The translations under genes were made by a program, and so were the position numbers. From Chiloscyllium plagiosum (Eukaryota): 50,754 nt of DNA. Shown in pieces: positions 39,018 through 50,754 of the stretch. The notes under the pieces are model-generated. The model saw only the letters and a list, made by a program, of their open reading frames with translations. It had not been told where the DNA came from and ran no database searches. Numbering within the stretch: the stretch's first letter is position 1; each line of letters begins with the position of its first letter. The DNA is taken from positions 6,995,671 to 7,046,424 of the forward strand of contig NC_057740.1 of NCBI RefSeq assembly GCF_004010195.1, in the 5' to 3' direction.

Positions 39018-39510
39018 CGAGTGTATAGAGTGTTGGAGTCACCTGTAGTGTGACATGAACCCAAAGTCCCAGTTGAGGCCATCCTCATGGGTACCTAACT
39101 TGGCTATCAGCCTCTGCGTTGTTGTGTATCCCGAAGTCCACCTTGGAGGATGGGCACGTGAAAATCCGAAACCGAATGTTCCTGACCGCTGAAGTGTCCC
39201 CCAACTGGGAGGGAACATCTCTGTCTGGCGATTGTTGCACAGTGTCCAAATCATCCGTTGTTGTAACATCTGCTTGGTCTCATCAATGTACCATATATAT
39301 TAATGAACCAAAAACTGCAAACCATTCTAAAAGATGAAAGACTTAACAGCAATCTAGGTTTGTTCAATTAATCATTTCAGTTGCATGACACTGTAATCTT
39401 TTGCTATAAATTCTGTATCTTATGATCCTGCTCCACAGCTACCTGATGAAGGAGCAGCGCTCTGAAAATAAACTTGTTGGACTATAACCTGGTGTTGTGC
39501 AAATTTTAAC
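38238..39510. mobile_element. fold-back Penelope-like insertion (family B) within a decayed CR1 (about 37800-39990)
   Basis: Inverted arms; hammerhead-like ctgatgaaggagcagcgctctgaaa; TSD ttacttgagaaa at 38226-38237 and 39511-39522; endonuclease C-terminal remnant QRLIAKLGTHEDGLN. Confidence 0.8.
38780..39025 (+). repeat. compound (GT)n/(GA)n microsatellite
   Basis: Direct inspection; lies inside the family B element. Confidence 0.9.
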
Positions 39511-40148
39511 TTACTTGAGAAAGGATGTCATTGCATTGAGGCAGTTCAAAGAAGGTTCACTAGATTCATTCCAGAGGCTTGTCTTATAAAGACATATTGA
39601 ATAGTTTCAGCCTATACTCCCTGGAGCTTAAAAGGACGAGAGGAGATATAATTGTGTTTTATCAGATGCTAAAAGGGATTTATGAAATAGATGTACAGAG
39701 TATGTTTCCTATAATGGGACAATTGAGAATGAGAGGTCATAATCTATAATTTAAGGTAGCAGATTTAAGGCAAGGATGAGGAGAAATTACTTCGATCAAA
39801 AGGTCATGAATCTATGGAATTCACAACCTTACAGTGTGGTGGATACTGGGATATTTAATAAATTGGATGGGGAGAGATACAGACTTTTCATCAGTAATGA
39901 CTTGAAGCATTATGTAGAGCAGTAGGAAAGTGGACTTGAGGCCAAGACAACATCTACTATGATCACACTGAATGACAGGCCAGGCTTAAAGGACTGAATT
40001 GCTTTTGTGTCTTTTGGTAATTGGCTAGATTGAATTTGTCTTGATTTTTATGGTTCAGACATATTTGAGTAATTTTCTACATTATCAGGTAATGACAGTG
40101 CTGTAGGGTAACTGGAAAACCTTTGCTGCTCCCACTGCTTAGCATGTA

Positions 40149-40380
40149 TGTAGTTCCACAGAGGCTGGCATCCCAACACTAAGTCACCCTTTGTTTACAC
40201 ATGAACAGTCCTTGCCTCAGTGCTGCCTCGTACAGAGTCAGGCATCAGACTGTCAATATCAGTGACACTCATCTTTTGATATGTCAGCCAGGGGTCTCTG
40301 ATGAGACTAGAATAACAGTCTCAATCAGGGAACTCATATTCTATGAGGTCTAGCTGGCTGACCTCATTACAATCACCACA
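40149..40380 (-). mobile_element. LTR (solo or detached) of the Gypsy element
   Basis: TG...CA ends. Homologous to 49328-49512 and to 43831-43852 (gacctcattacaatcac). Confidence 0.65.
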
Positions 40381-40807
40381 GTCTTGTGTCACATTCTTCA
40401 TCATCTAGAATATCAGGGAAAATACTGTCCTCATTCCCCGGCTGTTGTGATTTGGAGTCTTTGACAATAATTTTACTTTCCTCTCCCTTTGTGGCCTCCT
40501 TCACATTGCTGTACCATGATGACAGCATCATCAGTCCCACCACCACTTCATCACCCAACCTCAACCTGGCTTCTTCCCATGTCTTGACACTTGGGAAGCA
40601 ACTCACCTCCATTCTATTCCATGTTATTGAAATGGAGAGGGAAAAGCAAAAACCTGACTTACCATGGTGGGAGTTCCGGATTACTAGTCCTCTCTGCAGA
40701 ATATGGTGTGTGGGTGGCAGGGATGCTAAAACATCCAGTGAGAGAGGTCACAATATCCTGAAAAAGATACGTCTTAGCTCCAGCAGGTTAGAGTTATAAC
40801 AAATACT

Positions 40808-41925
40808 GTTCCAAATTTCTCAGTAGGCTATTATACAAAATGCGGAGGAATGGGAGTGTGGGAGACATAGCAGTTTGGATAAGTAATTGGCTTACTGAAA
40901 GAAAACAGAGGGTTGTAGTTGATGGAACATGTTCATCTTGGTGTCCAGTTACTAGCGGCGTACCACAAGGGTCAGTGTTAGGTCCACTGCTGTTCGTCAT
41001 TTTTATAAATGACCTGGATGAGGGCATAGAAAGATGGATTAGCAAATTTGCGGACGACACTAAGGTCGATGGAGTTGTGGATAGTGATGAAGGATGTAGT
41101 AGGTTGCAGAGAGACATAGATATGATGCAGAGCTGGGCTGAGAGGTGGCAAATGGAATTTAATATGGACAAGTGTGAGGTGATACACTTTGGACGGAATA
41201 ATCGAAACGCAGAGTATTGGGCTAATGGTAGGATTCTAGGGAGTGCGGATGAGCAGAGGGATCTTGGTGTCCATGTACACAGATCCCTGAAAGTTGCCAC
41301 CCAGATTGACAGGGTTGTTAAGAAGGAATACATTGTTTTGGCCTTTATTAATAGAGGGATTGAGTTCCGGAACCAGGAGCTTATGCTGCAGCTGTACAAA
41401 GCTCTGGTACGGCCACACTTGGAGTATTGTGTACAGTTCTGGTCACCGCATTATAAGAAGGATGTTGAAGCTTTGGAAAGGGTGCAAAGGAGATTTACTG
41501 GGATGTTGCCTGGTATGGAGGGAAGGTCTTATGAGGAAAGGCTGAGGGCCTTGAGGCTGTTCTTGCTAGAGAGAAGAAGGTTGAGAGGTGACTTAATAGA
41601 GACATACAAGATAATCAGAGGGTTAGATAGGGTGGACAGGGAGAGCCTGTTTCCAAGCATGGGGAAGGCAAACACGAGGGGACACAGTTTTAAGGTGAGG
41701 GGAGATAGGTATAAGACAGATGTCAGAGGCAGTTTCTTTACTCAGTGTGTAGTAAGGATATGGAATGCATTGCCTGCAATGGTAGTAGATTCACCAAGTT
41801 TATTTAAGTCTTCATTGGACAGGCATATGGATGTAAGTGGATGGGCTTCAGAGTAGTAAGACAGGGCGGCGCAACATCGAGGGCCGAAGGGCCTGTACTG
41901 CGCTGTAATGTTCTATGTTCTATGT
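40808..41925 (+). mobile_element. CR1-type LINE, 5'-truncated, with open 338-aa RT C-terminal ORF (40840-41856)
   Basis: VTSGVPQGSVLGPLLFVIFINDL, KFADDTK and HLEYCVQFWSP; 3' tail (TTCTATG)n. Confidence 0.95.
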
Positions 41926-42229
41926 ATTTCTTTAAATAACCTGGTGAACAAAGTATCAGTCACTTGAGATCTGTTTAATTTATTTTCAAAATTAACATTT
42001 CTTAATCTATATTAAATGGTTTGAATTCTTCATTAGGACTTTTTAAACATTACATTGTAAAGTGGATGTTTAGTCTTTTCTGTAGAAAAGCAAATTACCT
42101 CATATAACAAGTCATTCAATTCTTTACTATGTATTACAGTATCATCTGCATCTGACTTTAATGTCCTCCTCATCCTAATTACCATGCCTTTCTCTTAATA
42201 GATGTATTAAAAATATTTCTGTCTTTCCT

Positions 42230-43305
42230 CAAGTGGGGGGCAAACTCTCAGATGAGTTTGATTAGCTTTGCAGGGTGTGGGAGAGAGCTGGTGTTGAAGT
42301 CTCCTCAGAGACATGGGGAGATATTTGGGAGAACACAAAAATGGTATCAATTTGCAAAAGGACCCATGCTTTACAGTTGAAGATTCTCAACAGGGTCCAC
42401 TTGGCTTTGGATCATTTGTCAAAATTTAAACCAGGAGTATCTTCACAACATGCCCCAAGTGTAAAGTTAGTACGGGCACTCTTACCCATTGTCTCTGGTC
42501 CTGTGGCAGACTTCAAACTTACCTGCGTTGTGCCAGGTGCAATGGAGGGGATTTTGGGTGTAAGGGTGGAAAAGGACCCGATTTCTCTTCTTCTTGGCCT
42601 GTTCCCTGTAGATGCACATAAGAGAAAACTTTTGAACATCCTCACTTTCTGCGCAAAAAAGAATATCTTGTTAGGTTGGGTGTTTGAAAATCCTCCAGGC
42701 CTGTCGGGTTGGCGTAAGATTGTTATGGAGCATATCCCTTTGGATTTTCTTATAAGTACGGTACACCCCAAAACTGAGAATTTCCATAAGATATGACGAG
42801 CCTTTTTGGACTACCTGGACACAGATTTATCTGCCACACTAATAACAGCTTTTATATAGCCGTAACGATTGTGCTTTATGAGTCCAATATCCAGAGAGTG
42901 GGAATTGCGAAAGTATGAATATGTGAAAATTAATGCTCTCGATATTCGAGAGTTAGTATTTTGTTTTGGTGAGCTATATTATTATTATTTATTAGTTTGT
43001 TGTTAGTTATTATTTATTTAGTTAAGTAGTTTTTTTAGATTAGATTAGATTAGATTACATTCGAGAGTTAGTATTTTGTTTTGGTGAGCTATATTATTAT
43101 TATTTATTAGTTTGTTGTTAGTTATTATTTATTTAGTTAAGTAGTTAGTTCGGAATTTTTAATTTTTTTTATATATATTTATACATTTGTGCATGACAAC
43201 AGTTTGGATTTTAATTTTTTTTTGTGGTCTTTCTTTGTATTGTTTTGTATTTGTTATTAAAATATTAACAAATCTATTTTTCAATAAATATATATTTTTA
43301 AAAAG
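42230..43305 (+). mobile_element. L1/Tx1-like LINE 3' end
   Basis: ORF WGDIWEN..SICKR..LQLKILNRVHL with a frameshifted CPKC..H..W.C zinc knuckle, T-rich 3' UTR, and AATAAA plus an A-tract at about 43284-43305. Confidence 0.75.
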
Positions 43306-43830
43306 TCTTTGTCAGTTTTCGTGTACTATGTGGGTTCTCTCAAATTAATTTTGCATCTCTTACCACTTTTTGTATCCAATTGTATCCTTTTCGAGCTCCG
43401 CTCGTCCACTGGATTTTAATTTTCCCTGCATTTATGTCGGCCTTTTTGTTCAGCCTGAAACTGTCTCTTGCCTAATATGCTGACCATAGTTGCTTAACTA
43501 TACACGTAAACCTTTTGCCTTTTAGGAGAATATATTTGCCTTGGATTCTAACAAATACTTCTCACTGTGTGTTTCTCCCATTAGATTTACTCCTTACCAG
43601 TTCAGCTCAGTTTACGGTGGTCAAATAGTGTCTCATCCTTTTGAAATTAGACTTTGATAAACAAACTTTGGTTTGTTAATTTCTCCCTTGAACTTCAGGT
43701 CGAACATTCAGGCACTGCCAGGGATGGGTACGGAATCACGCAGGTTGGAATTTTGCACTGCCAGCCAGTGTGTTGATCCCAGATCCATCCTTGCCCCAGG
43801 CTATTTCTCCCGGTGGCAGGATGGGATGTG

Positions 43831-46800
43831 TGACCTCATTACAATCACTGCATCCCTCCCTCCCGTGCCTTTTGCTTGGAAGACCTCCTGGGGTATTTTA
43901 GCATCAGGTCAGTTTCCTCTGACTCGGCTTCCAACATGGGCAGCATGTAACACACGGGAGCTCACTTCTTGTGCCAGGAGAGCCTCTGTAGAATTTAATT
44001 CTCTTCTTCTGGCAGCAAAGGCATTGAGATGGCTACTTCCATCATGTCCATCTCTGAGAAGACTCAACACTGTTTGATGGAGAGGGTGAACCCGCAGGTT
44101 CTGGCAGCATTTCTGACAGTTCTGAGGGGCAGGGCACGTTTTGGTCCTCCACCGTTTGAGAATTCATGGCCCTCAAATGGCCCTATGCTTATTCAGGACC
44201 ATCACACCCACCTGAACTTTATACGTCACCGGTCCTGACCTCACAACGACCATGCCTCTTACTCATGCAGGGCTGTTTCCGTGCTTTTTACACCAAACTT
44301 CACCCGCTGTATCAAACTATCTCTTTTGCTTGGCAGAGTCTTGTGTCTGGCATTGATGTTCCTGATGCTGTTTCACCCTCCACTCCAGATCCAGGAAGAT
44401 CAGAGTTAACCTGGTGTGGAATCTTCTACTCATTAGCAACTTTGTCGGTCCTATTCCTGTGATTGCATGAGGGGTGGTCCTTTAATTAAACATAAACTTT
44501 GACAGCTGGTATCCAGCAAGACTGGAGAATATTTTCACAATCCAGCCTTTAAAGTTTGGATTGTTTTTTCTGCCAAGCTGTTGGATGATGGGTGTTATGC
44601 AGCTATTCTAATATGTAGAACCCCATTTGACTTTAAGAAATACCTAAATATCCTGCTGGTAAATGATGGCCATTATCTTTGACCAGCACTTCCAGGACAA
44701 ATGCGCACAGCTTTTCTATCATCAGCTCAGTGTTTGGTGAATGGACCCTATGTGCATCCAACCACTTTGATTGGGCATCTACAATGACTAAGATCATTGA
44801 ACCCATGAAAGGATCTGCATAGTCTGTTTACCCAGCCATTCGTATATATGTCGGGAGTTCCAGGCAGTAACCTTTGTCCTGGTTGTCATTCAGGGAACTA
44901 TCCCCCAATGTGGCCATGTTAGCATCCAGATATAATTTCTTGCCAACATCTTTATTTTAGAGACCCCTGGACGGCCCTGGTGGAGTTCAGCCTGTGTTTA
45001 ATAGTAAACTTTGCTTAGGACAATCACTCTCGCTCCCCATAATAATATACCATCCTCCACCATGAGCTGGTTTCTCCGGGTCCGAAAAGGTTTCAATTAT
45101 AGTTGTGATGACAATTTGGTTTCCCCAGTCAATATCAGTTATTTTAGTTTGTAAATGTCTGGATCTTTCTGTGTTCTGGGTGGCACAGTGGCTCAGTGGT
45201 TAGCACTGCTGCCTCACAGCGCCAGTGACCCAGTTTCAATTCCAGGATCAGGCGACTGTCTGTGTGGAGTTTGCACATTCTCCCTGAGTCTGTGTGGGTT
45301 TCCTCCAGGGGCTCTGGTTTCCTCTCAGAATCCAAAGATGTGCAGGCTAGATGAATTGGCCAGGTTAAATTTCCCATAGGTTCAGGAATGTGTAGGCTAG
45401 GTGCAAAAGTCAGGGGTAAATGTAGAGTAACAGGGTGTTGGAATGGGTCTGGTTGGGTTACTCTTCGGAGGGTCGGTGTGGGCTTGTTGGGCCAATGGCC
45501 TGTTTCCACACTGTAGGGATTCTATGATTCAAAGTCTGATATTGTTAGCCATGACTGCCAGTGTGTACATAAAATTTAACATCATTACAGACTCTTCCAT
45601 TGCAATGCGACCACTGCTGCCCATTCCACAAACGATATTGGTTTGATGTTTCCTTCACTTTCCAGCCTTCTGATTTCCGTCTCTACTTTTGCCCACAAGG
45701 CAAATGACAGTGGGCAGGCCTTACAGAATCATGGAATGGTTATCTGGTCAACATGCAGGTGAGAAGTCACACGGCACCAGGTTATAGTCCACCAGGTTTA
45801 TTTGAAATCACAAGCTTTTGCAGCGTAGCCTCTTCATCAGTGTAGTCACTTTTACTACAATCATTGGTAACTGAACCAGCTGCTTTTCTTAAGACACCAG
45901 AATTGAAGATGTACTCTTAATCTGTAAAGGTTCCCTGGTATAGGTTCTCAGCCTAGCTGAGGTTTTGTGCAAGAGTAAAGGAAGTCAAGGCACATTTTAT
46001 TCAAAACTTGTTCTGCAAACAGTGATATGGCCGTGCCAGTACCAACTCCATTAGAATTGGATAACCATTTAACCAGACATTTACTTTGTTTGGTTTTGAT
46101 TTTGATGTTGCTCAGCATTTTAACTGTTCCAAACCAGATGTAGATGGACTTTCCACGGTATGAACTCTCCTTAATACAAGCCTAAGAGTTATCTTACTTA
46201 ATTTATGTCAAGTAGAACTCTTTTCTGTCTCAAGTATGCATACTGGCAACAACTAAAATGCCTTGTCGACCAAGATTCTGAGGGAAATTTTAACCATTTG
46301 GCCTAACCTTGGGGTTTTTTGAGGTTTCGCTGTGGACATACATTGTTATGTCTTGGGCAAGGATATGCAATTGCCTGCACTCAAGTGGTTTCCTCCAAGC
46401 TCAGCTGAACTGGTGAGAGTGTCCACTTCCATCAGAATACCCTGCAACTTGTATGCTCCACTTGCAGCATTTTCCAATAATAAAGGCAGTTGTAGCGCTT
46501 GTTTGAAGTCCAGTTGGGCTTCAACCAGCATGCGTTTGTTTACAGTCAGACCATTAATCCCACGTGCCATATGGTCTCTCAGCATCTTATTAAAGGTTAA
46601 ACCAAGTTCAGTCTTCTGTCAGTCACCCTGATCTAGTAAAAAAATTCCATACAGATTCCCTGGTTCTTGAATTGCTGAGTAAAAGCAATAGCATCTCAAA
46701 ATTAGAAGAGGAATGGGGTTGCAATATTCCTTAACTATGTCAGTCAATTCTTGAAATGTTTTAGTATCTGATGCCTTAGGAAAAAGTAGGCTCCTGGAAC

Positions 46801-47020
46801 AGAAAGGCTGCAGCTCTTCGGGAAAATTACCTGTTGTTTTTCACCTGCCACAATATCATTTGCCTGGAAAAAATAATGCATTCTTTCGACATACTGGGCC
46901 CAGGCCTCAATAGCAGAGTTGGACTAGTCACGCTTCTCAAAAAAAGGCAAAAGAAATGCTTACTCCAACACTGTTATGAGTGAGTTTCTTCAGGATCATG
47001 CTTTACTCTTGTCGCCAGTT
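43831..47020 (-). mobile_element. Gypsy-type LTR retrotransposon internal region, decayed
   Basis: PBS-like TGGCGAC at about 47011-47017; gag remnants WAQYVERM.YFFQANDI and MLRDHMARGIN; integrase remnant DPFMGSMILVIVDAQSKWLD; polypurine tract next to the LTR start at about 43853-43864. Confidence 0.8.
45178..45530 (+). mobile_element. HE1-like tRNA-derived V-SINE
   Basis: gggtggcacagtggctcagtggttagcactgctgcctcacagc (A box), B-box-like tttcaattcc, V-domain, and a CR1-shared 3' tail. Confidence 0.9.
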
Positions 47021-47087
47021 CAGTCCTTCGAGTACAGGGGTTTGGGAAGTCATGTTGAGGTTGTACAGGACATTGGTGAGTCCTCTA

Positions 47088-48260
47088 GGAGAAAGTGAAG
47101 ACTGTAGATGCTGGAGATCAGAGTTGAGTGTGTGGTACTGGAAAAACACAGCCAGTCAGGCAGCATCCGAGGAGCAGGGGAATCAATGTTTCGGGCATAA
47201 GGATTCAGGAATGAGGCTTGTAGGTCAGGGCTGAGAGATAAATGGGAGGGGGGTGGGATTGGGGGGAGGTAGCTGGAAAAGCGATAGGTGGATAAAGGTG
47301 AGGGAAAAGGTGATAGGTCAGAAGGGACAGTGATGGACAGGTCCGGAGGTCAGTGCCGAGTTGGAGGCTTGGGACTGGGATAATGTGGGGAGAGGGGAAA
47401 TGAGGAAGCTGTTGAAATCCACATTTATTCTGTGTGATTGCATGGTTCCAAGACAGAATATGAGGCGTTCCTTCTCCAGGTATTAAGTGGTAACGTTTGG
47501 GGGTAGAGGAGGCCCAGGACCTGCATGTCCTTGACGGAGTTGGGGGTGGGAGTTGAAGTGTTCAGCCACGGAGCGGTGAAGTTGGTGGGTACGGGTGTCC
47601 AGAGATGTTCTTTGAAATGATCTGCATGAAGGTGTCCTGTCTCCCCGATGTAGAGGAGACCACACCGGGTGCAACAGATGCAGTAGATGACATTGGAAGA
47701 GGTGCACGTGAATTTCTGATGGATGTGGAAGGATCCCTTGGGGCTTTGGACAGAGGTGGTGGTGGTGGTGGGGGGGGGCACAGGCTTTGCACTTCCTGTG
47801 GTAGCAAGGAAAGTTACAAGCAGTGGGGTGTGGGCTGGTGGGGGACGTGGACCTGACAAGGGAGTCACAGAGGGAATGGTCTTTTGGAATGCTGAGAGGG
47901 GTGGGGAGGGAAATATATCTCTGGTGGTGGGGTCTGTTTGGAGGTGGATTATGCATTATATGCGGAGGTTGGTGGGGTGGTAGGTGAGGACCATGGGTGT
48001 GTTCTGTACTTGTTGCATTGGGAGGGGCGGGGTTTAAGGGCAGCGGTGCATGGGAAGTGGAGGAGATGCACTGGAGGGCATCGTCAACCACATGGTAATG
48101 GAAGTTGCGATCATGGAAGAAGGACACTATCTGGGACTTTCTGAGGTGGTATTGGTCATCCTGGGAACAGATGTGCTGATACAGTCATTGATGGAGCGGA
48201 GGAATAGGTGGGGGGTGGTGTGGACGTAACTGCAGAAGATGGACGGTTCCACATATCCGA
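47088..48260 (-). mobile_element. Penelope-like element (family A), truncated
   Basis: GIY-YIG remnant FTCTSSNVIYCICCTRCGLLYIGETG and VAEHFNS. Confidence 0.9.
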
Positions 48261-48327
48261 AACGAGCTGAAGATGTGTTGCTGGAAAAGCCCAGCAGGTC
48301 AGGCAGCATCCAAGGAACAGGAGAATC

Positions 48328-48355
48328 GACGTTTCGGGCATAAGCCCTTCTTCAG
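48328..48355 (-). ncRNA. minimal hammerhead ribozyme motif (family A) in a 98-bp insertion
   Basis: Minus strand CTGAAGA-a-gggc(ttat)gccc-GAAAC-GTC. The insertion is flanked by the 14-bp direct repeat ttccacatatccga (48247-48260, 48359-48372). Confidence 0.72.
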
Positions 48356-48775
48356 GAATTCCACATATCCGACAGGGTGATAGGATAGGGGGATGGGTCA
48401 GGGTGGGATACTCTTCAGAGGGTCTGTGTGGACTTGTTAGGCCAAATGGCCTGTTTCCACACACTAGGTATTCTATGGTAAATTCTATTCTAATAGTAAT
48501 TGTCTTTTCCCTAGAATGGGTGGTTTCAAGACTAAGATGAGAGGAGGCAGATTTTAAAAAGACATGAGAGGTAAACCTTTTACACAGAGGGTGGTTCGTA
48601 TGTGGAATGAACTTCCTAAGGAAGTTAAAAATCACATAACACCAGGTTATAGTCCAGCAGGTTTATTTGGAAGCACTAGCTTTCATAGCGCTGCTCCTTC
48701 AAAATAAACCTGTTGGACTTTAACCAGGTGTTTTATGATTTTTAATTTTGTCCACGGTGGCTCGGTGGGGGGGGG

Positions 48776-49105
48776 GGCGGCACGGTGGCTCAGTGGTTAG
48801 CACTGCTGCCTCACAGCACCAGGGACCCAAGTACCCAGGTTCGATTCCAGCCTTGGGTAACTGTCTGTGTTGAGTTTGCACATTCTCCCCGTGTCTGCGT
48901 GGGTTTCCTCCGGGTGCTCCAGTTTCCTCCCACAGTCCAAAGATGTGCCGATCAGATGAATTGGCCATGCTAAATGGCCCATAGTGTTAGGTGCATTAGT
49001 CAGAGGGAAATAGGTCTGGGTAGGTTACTCTTCGGATGGTCGGTGTGCACTTGTTGGGCCGAAGGGTCTGTTTCTGCACTGTAGGGAATTCTATCTAATT
49101 CTATC
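48776..49105 (+). mobile_element. HE1-like V-SINE nested in family B terminus and CR1 fragments
   Basis: gggcggcacggtggctcagtggttagcac...ggttcgattcc... Confidence 0.9.
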
Positions 49106-49327
49106 TAAATCTAGCCAACACCAGCTCCTCCACATCATTCCTGGTGGATGTGGGTACTATTACAATGATTAAAAGACATTTGGATGAGTACATGAATAGG
49201 AAAGATTTGGATGGATATGGGCCAGGAGCAGGCAGGTTGAACTAGTTTAATTTGGGATTGTGTTCAGCATGGACTGGTTGGACTGAAGGGCTTGTTTCCG
49301 TGCTGTATGACTCTGTAACACTATGAC

Positions 49328-49512
49328 CAAGTCACCTTGTTATTTACATATGAACAGTGCTGGACTATAATACTGCCTCATCCAGAGTGAGACGCCAGAG
49401 TGTCAGTATCTCTGACACCCACCCTTTATATCTGTCAACAAGATTAACAACTCCAATCGACGAACTCATATTCTATGAGGTCTAGCTAGCTGATCTCATT
49501 ACAATCACTACA
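49328..49512 (-). mobile_element. probable 5' LTR of the Gypsy element
   Basis: Homologous to 40149-40380. Separated from the PBS by about 2.3 kb of nested CR1, Penelope and SINE insertions. Confidence 0.6.
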
Positions 49513-49980
49513 AATCCCTTTCCCTGACAACTGTTTAAGACTGAACCAGATTGTTTGCAACTTCTGGGGTCACAATTGAGCTTTCAAACACATACAATCT
49601 ATCCCTAGAAACACCTATTTTCACCTCAATAATACCATTCAATTCCTTAGCTCAACTGCTGCAGAAACCTTTATCCATGTCTTTGTTGCCTCTCATCTTG
49701 CTACTAAACCATGGCCTCCTCTAAATGGCAGCACTGAAGGTACATGGCCTGGCTGGACTTGCTAGCACCGAGGAAATGCGACATTACTTGATATCTTCTG
49801 GAGAAGATATCAAACTAAAACAAGATATCAAAACCAAACCCAAAAGATCCTGTTGTACTTGTTCAAGAAAATTCTAACTTCCTGGTGTCCTAGTCAACAC
49901 TTTCCCTCCAAACAATATAAATAATGTGTTTCTGCTAAAGATTATGGAATTTTAAAGCTGAGTTATGTCTGCAACCACTT

Positions 49981-50754
49981 AGAACATAGAACATAGAACA
50001 TAGAAGAATACAGCGCAGTACAGGCCCTTTGGCCCTCGATGTTGCGCCGATCCAAGCCCACCTAACCTACACTAGCCCACTATCCTCCATATGCCTATCC
50101 AATGCCCGTTTAAATGCCCATAAAGAGGGAGAGTCCACCACTGCTACTGACAGGGCATTCCATGAACTCACGACTCACTGAGTAAAGAACCTACCCTAAC
50201 ATCTGTCCTATACCTACCACCCCTTAATTTAAAGCTATGCCCATTCGTAATAGCTGACTCCATACGTGGAAAAACATTCTCACTGTCTACCCTATCTAAA
50301 CCCCTAATCATCTTGTACACCTCCATCAAGTCACCCCTAAACCTTCTTTTCTCCAATGAAAACAGCCCCAACTGCCTCAGCCTTTCCTCATACGATCTCC
50401 CTACCATACCAGGCAACATCCTGGTAAAACTCCTCTGCACCCGTTCCAGTGCCTCCACATCCTTCCTATAGTATGACGACCAAAACTGCACACAATACTC
50501 CAGATGCGGCCGCACCAGAGTCTTATACAACTGCAACATGACCTCAGGACCCCGGAACTCAATTCCTCTACCAATAAAAGCCAGTACACCATATGCCTTC
50601 TTCTGACATTTACCTGGGTGGCAACTTTCAAAGATCTGTGCACATGGACACCAAGATCCCTCTGCTCATCCACACTACCAAGTACTCGTCCATTAGCCCA
50701 GTACCCCATCTTTTTGTTACTCTTACCAAAGTGAATCACCTCACACTTAACTAC
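49981..50754 (-). mobile_element. CR1-type LINE 3' end (runs off the window)
   Basis: ORFs LYKTLVRPHLEYCVQFWS and EQRDLGVHVHRSLKV; tail (AGAACAT)n at 49981-50003. Confidence 0.95.

Noticed and set aside
45178-45250. tRNA-like A/B boxes
   Set aside because: SINE head, not a tRNA gene; the same applies at 48776, 16200-16276 and 32645.

Overview
Repeat-rich vertebrate genomic DNA, very likely from a shark or other elasmobranch (HE1-type V-SINEs, CR1 LINEs, abundant Penelope-like elements). Two host coding features, both on the minus strand. (1) A complete 4-exon rpl37 gene (97 aa, about 18.2-30.3 kb) with a ribosomal-protein-type promoter. (2) About 8 kb downstream, an intact immunoglobulin light-chain constant exon (9712-10034) that looks sigma-type. 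I could not find a canonical V or J segment for it in the window. The rest is nested transposon debris: CR1 LINEs, at least three Penelope-like families, a fragmented Gypsy LTR element, an L1/Tx1-like 3' end, Tigger-like MITEs and SINEs. There is also a 151-N assembly gap. The clearest hidden signal is about 20 copies of minimal hammerhead-ribozyme motifs (CUGANGA-hairpin-GAAA-palindrome) in Penelope termini. Many sit in very short insertions with their own target-site duplications or in inverted, fold-back insertions. Repeat boundaries were read by eye and are approximate.
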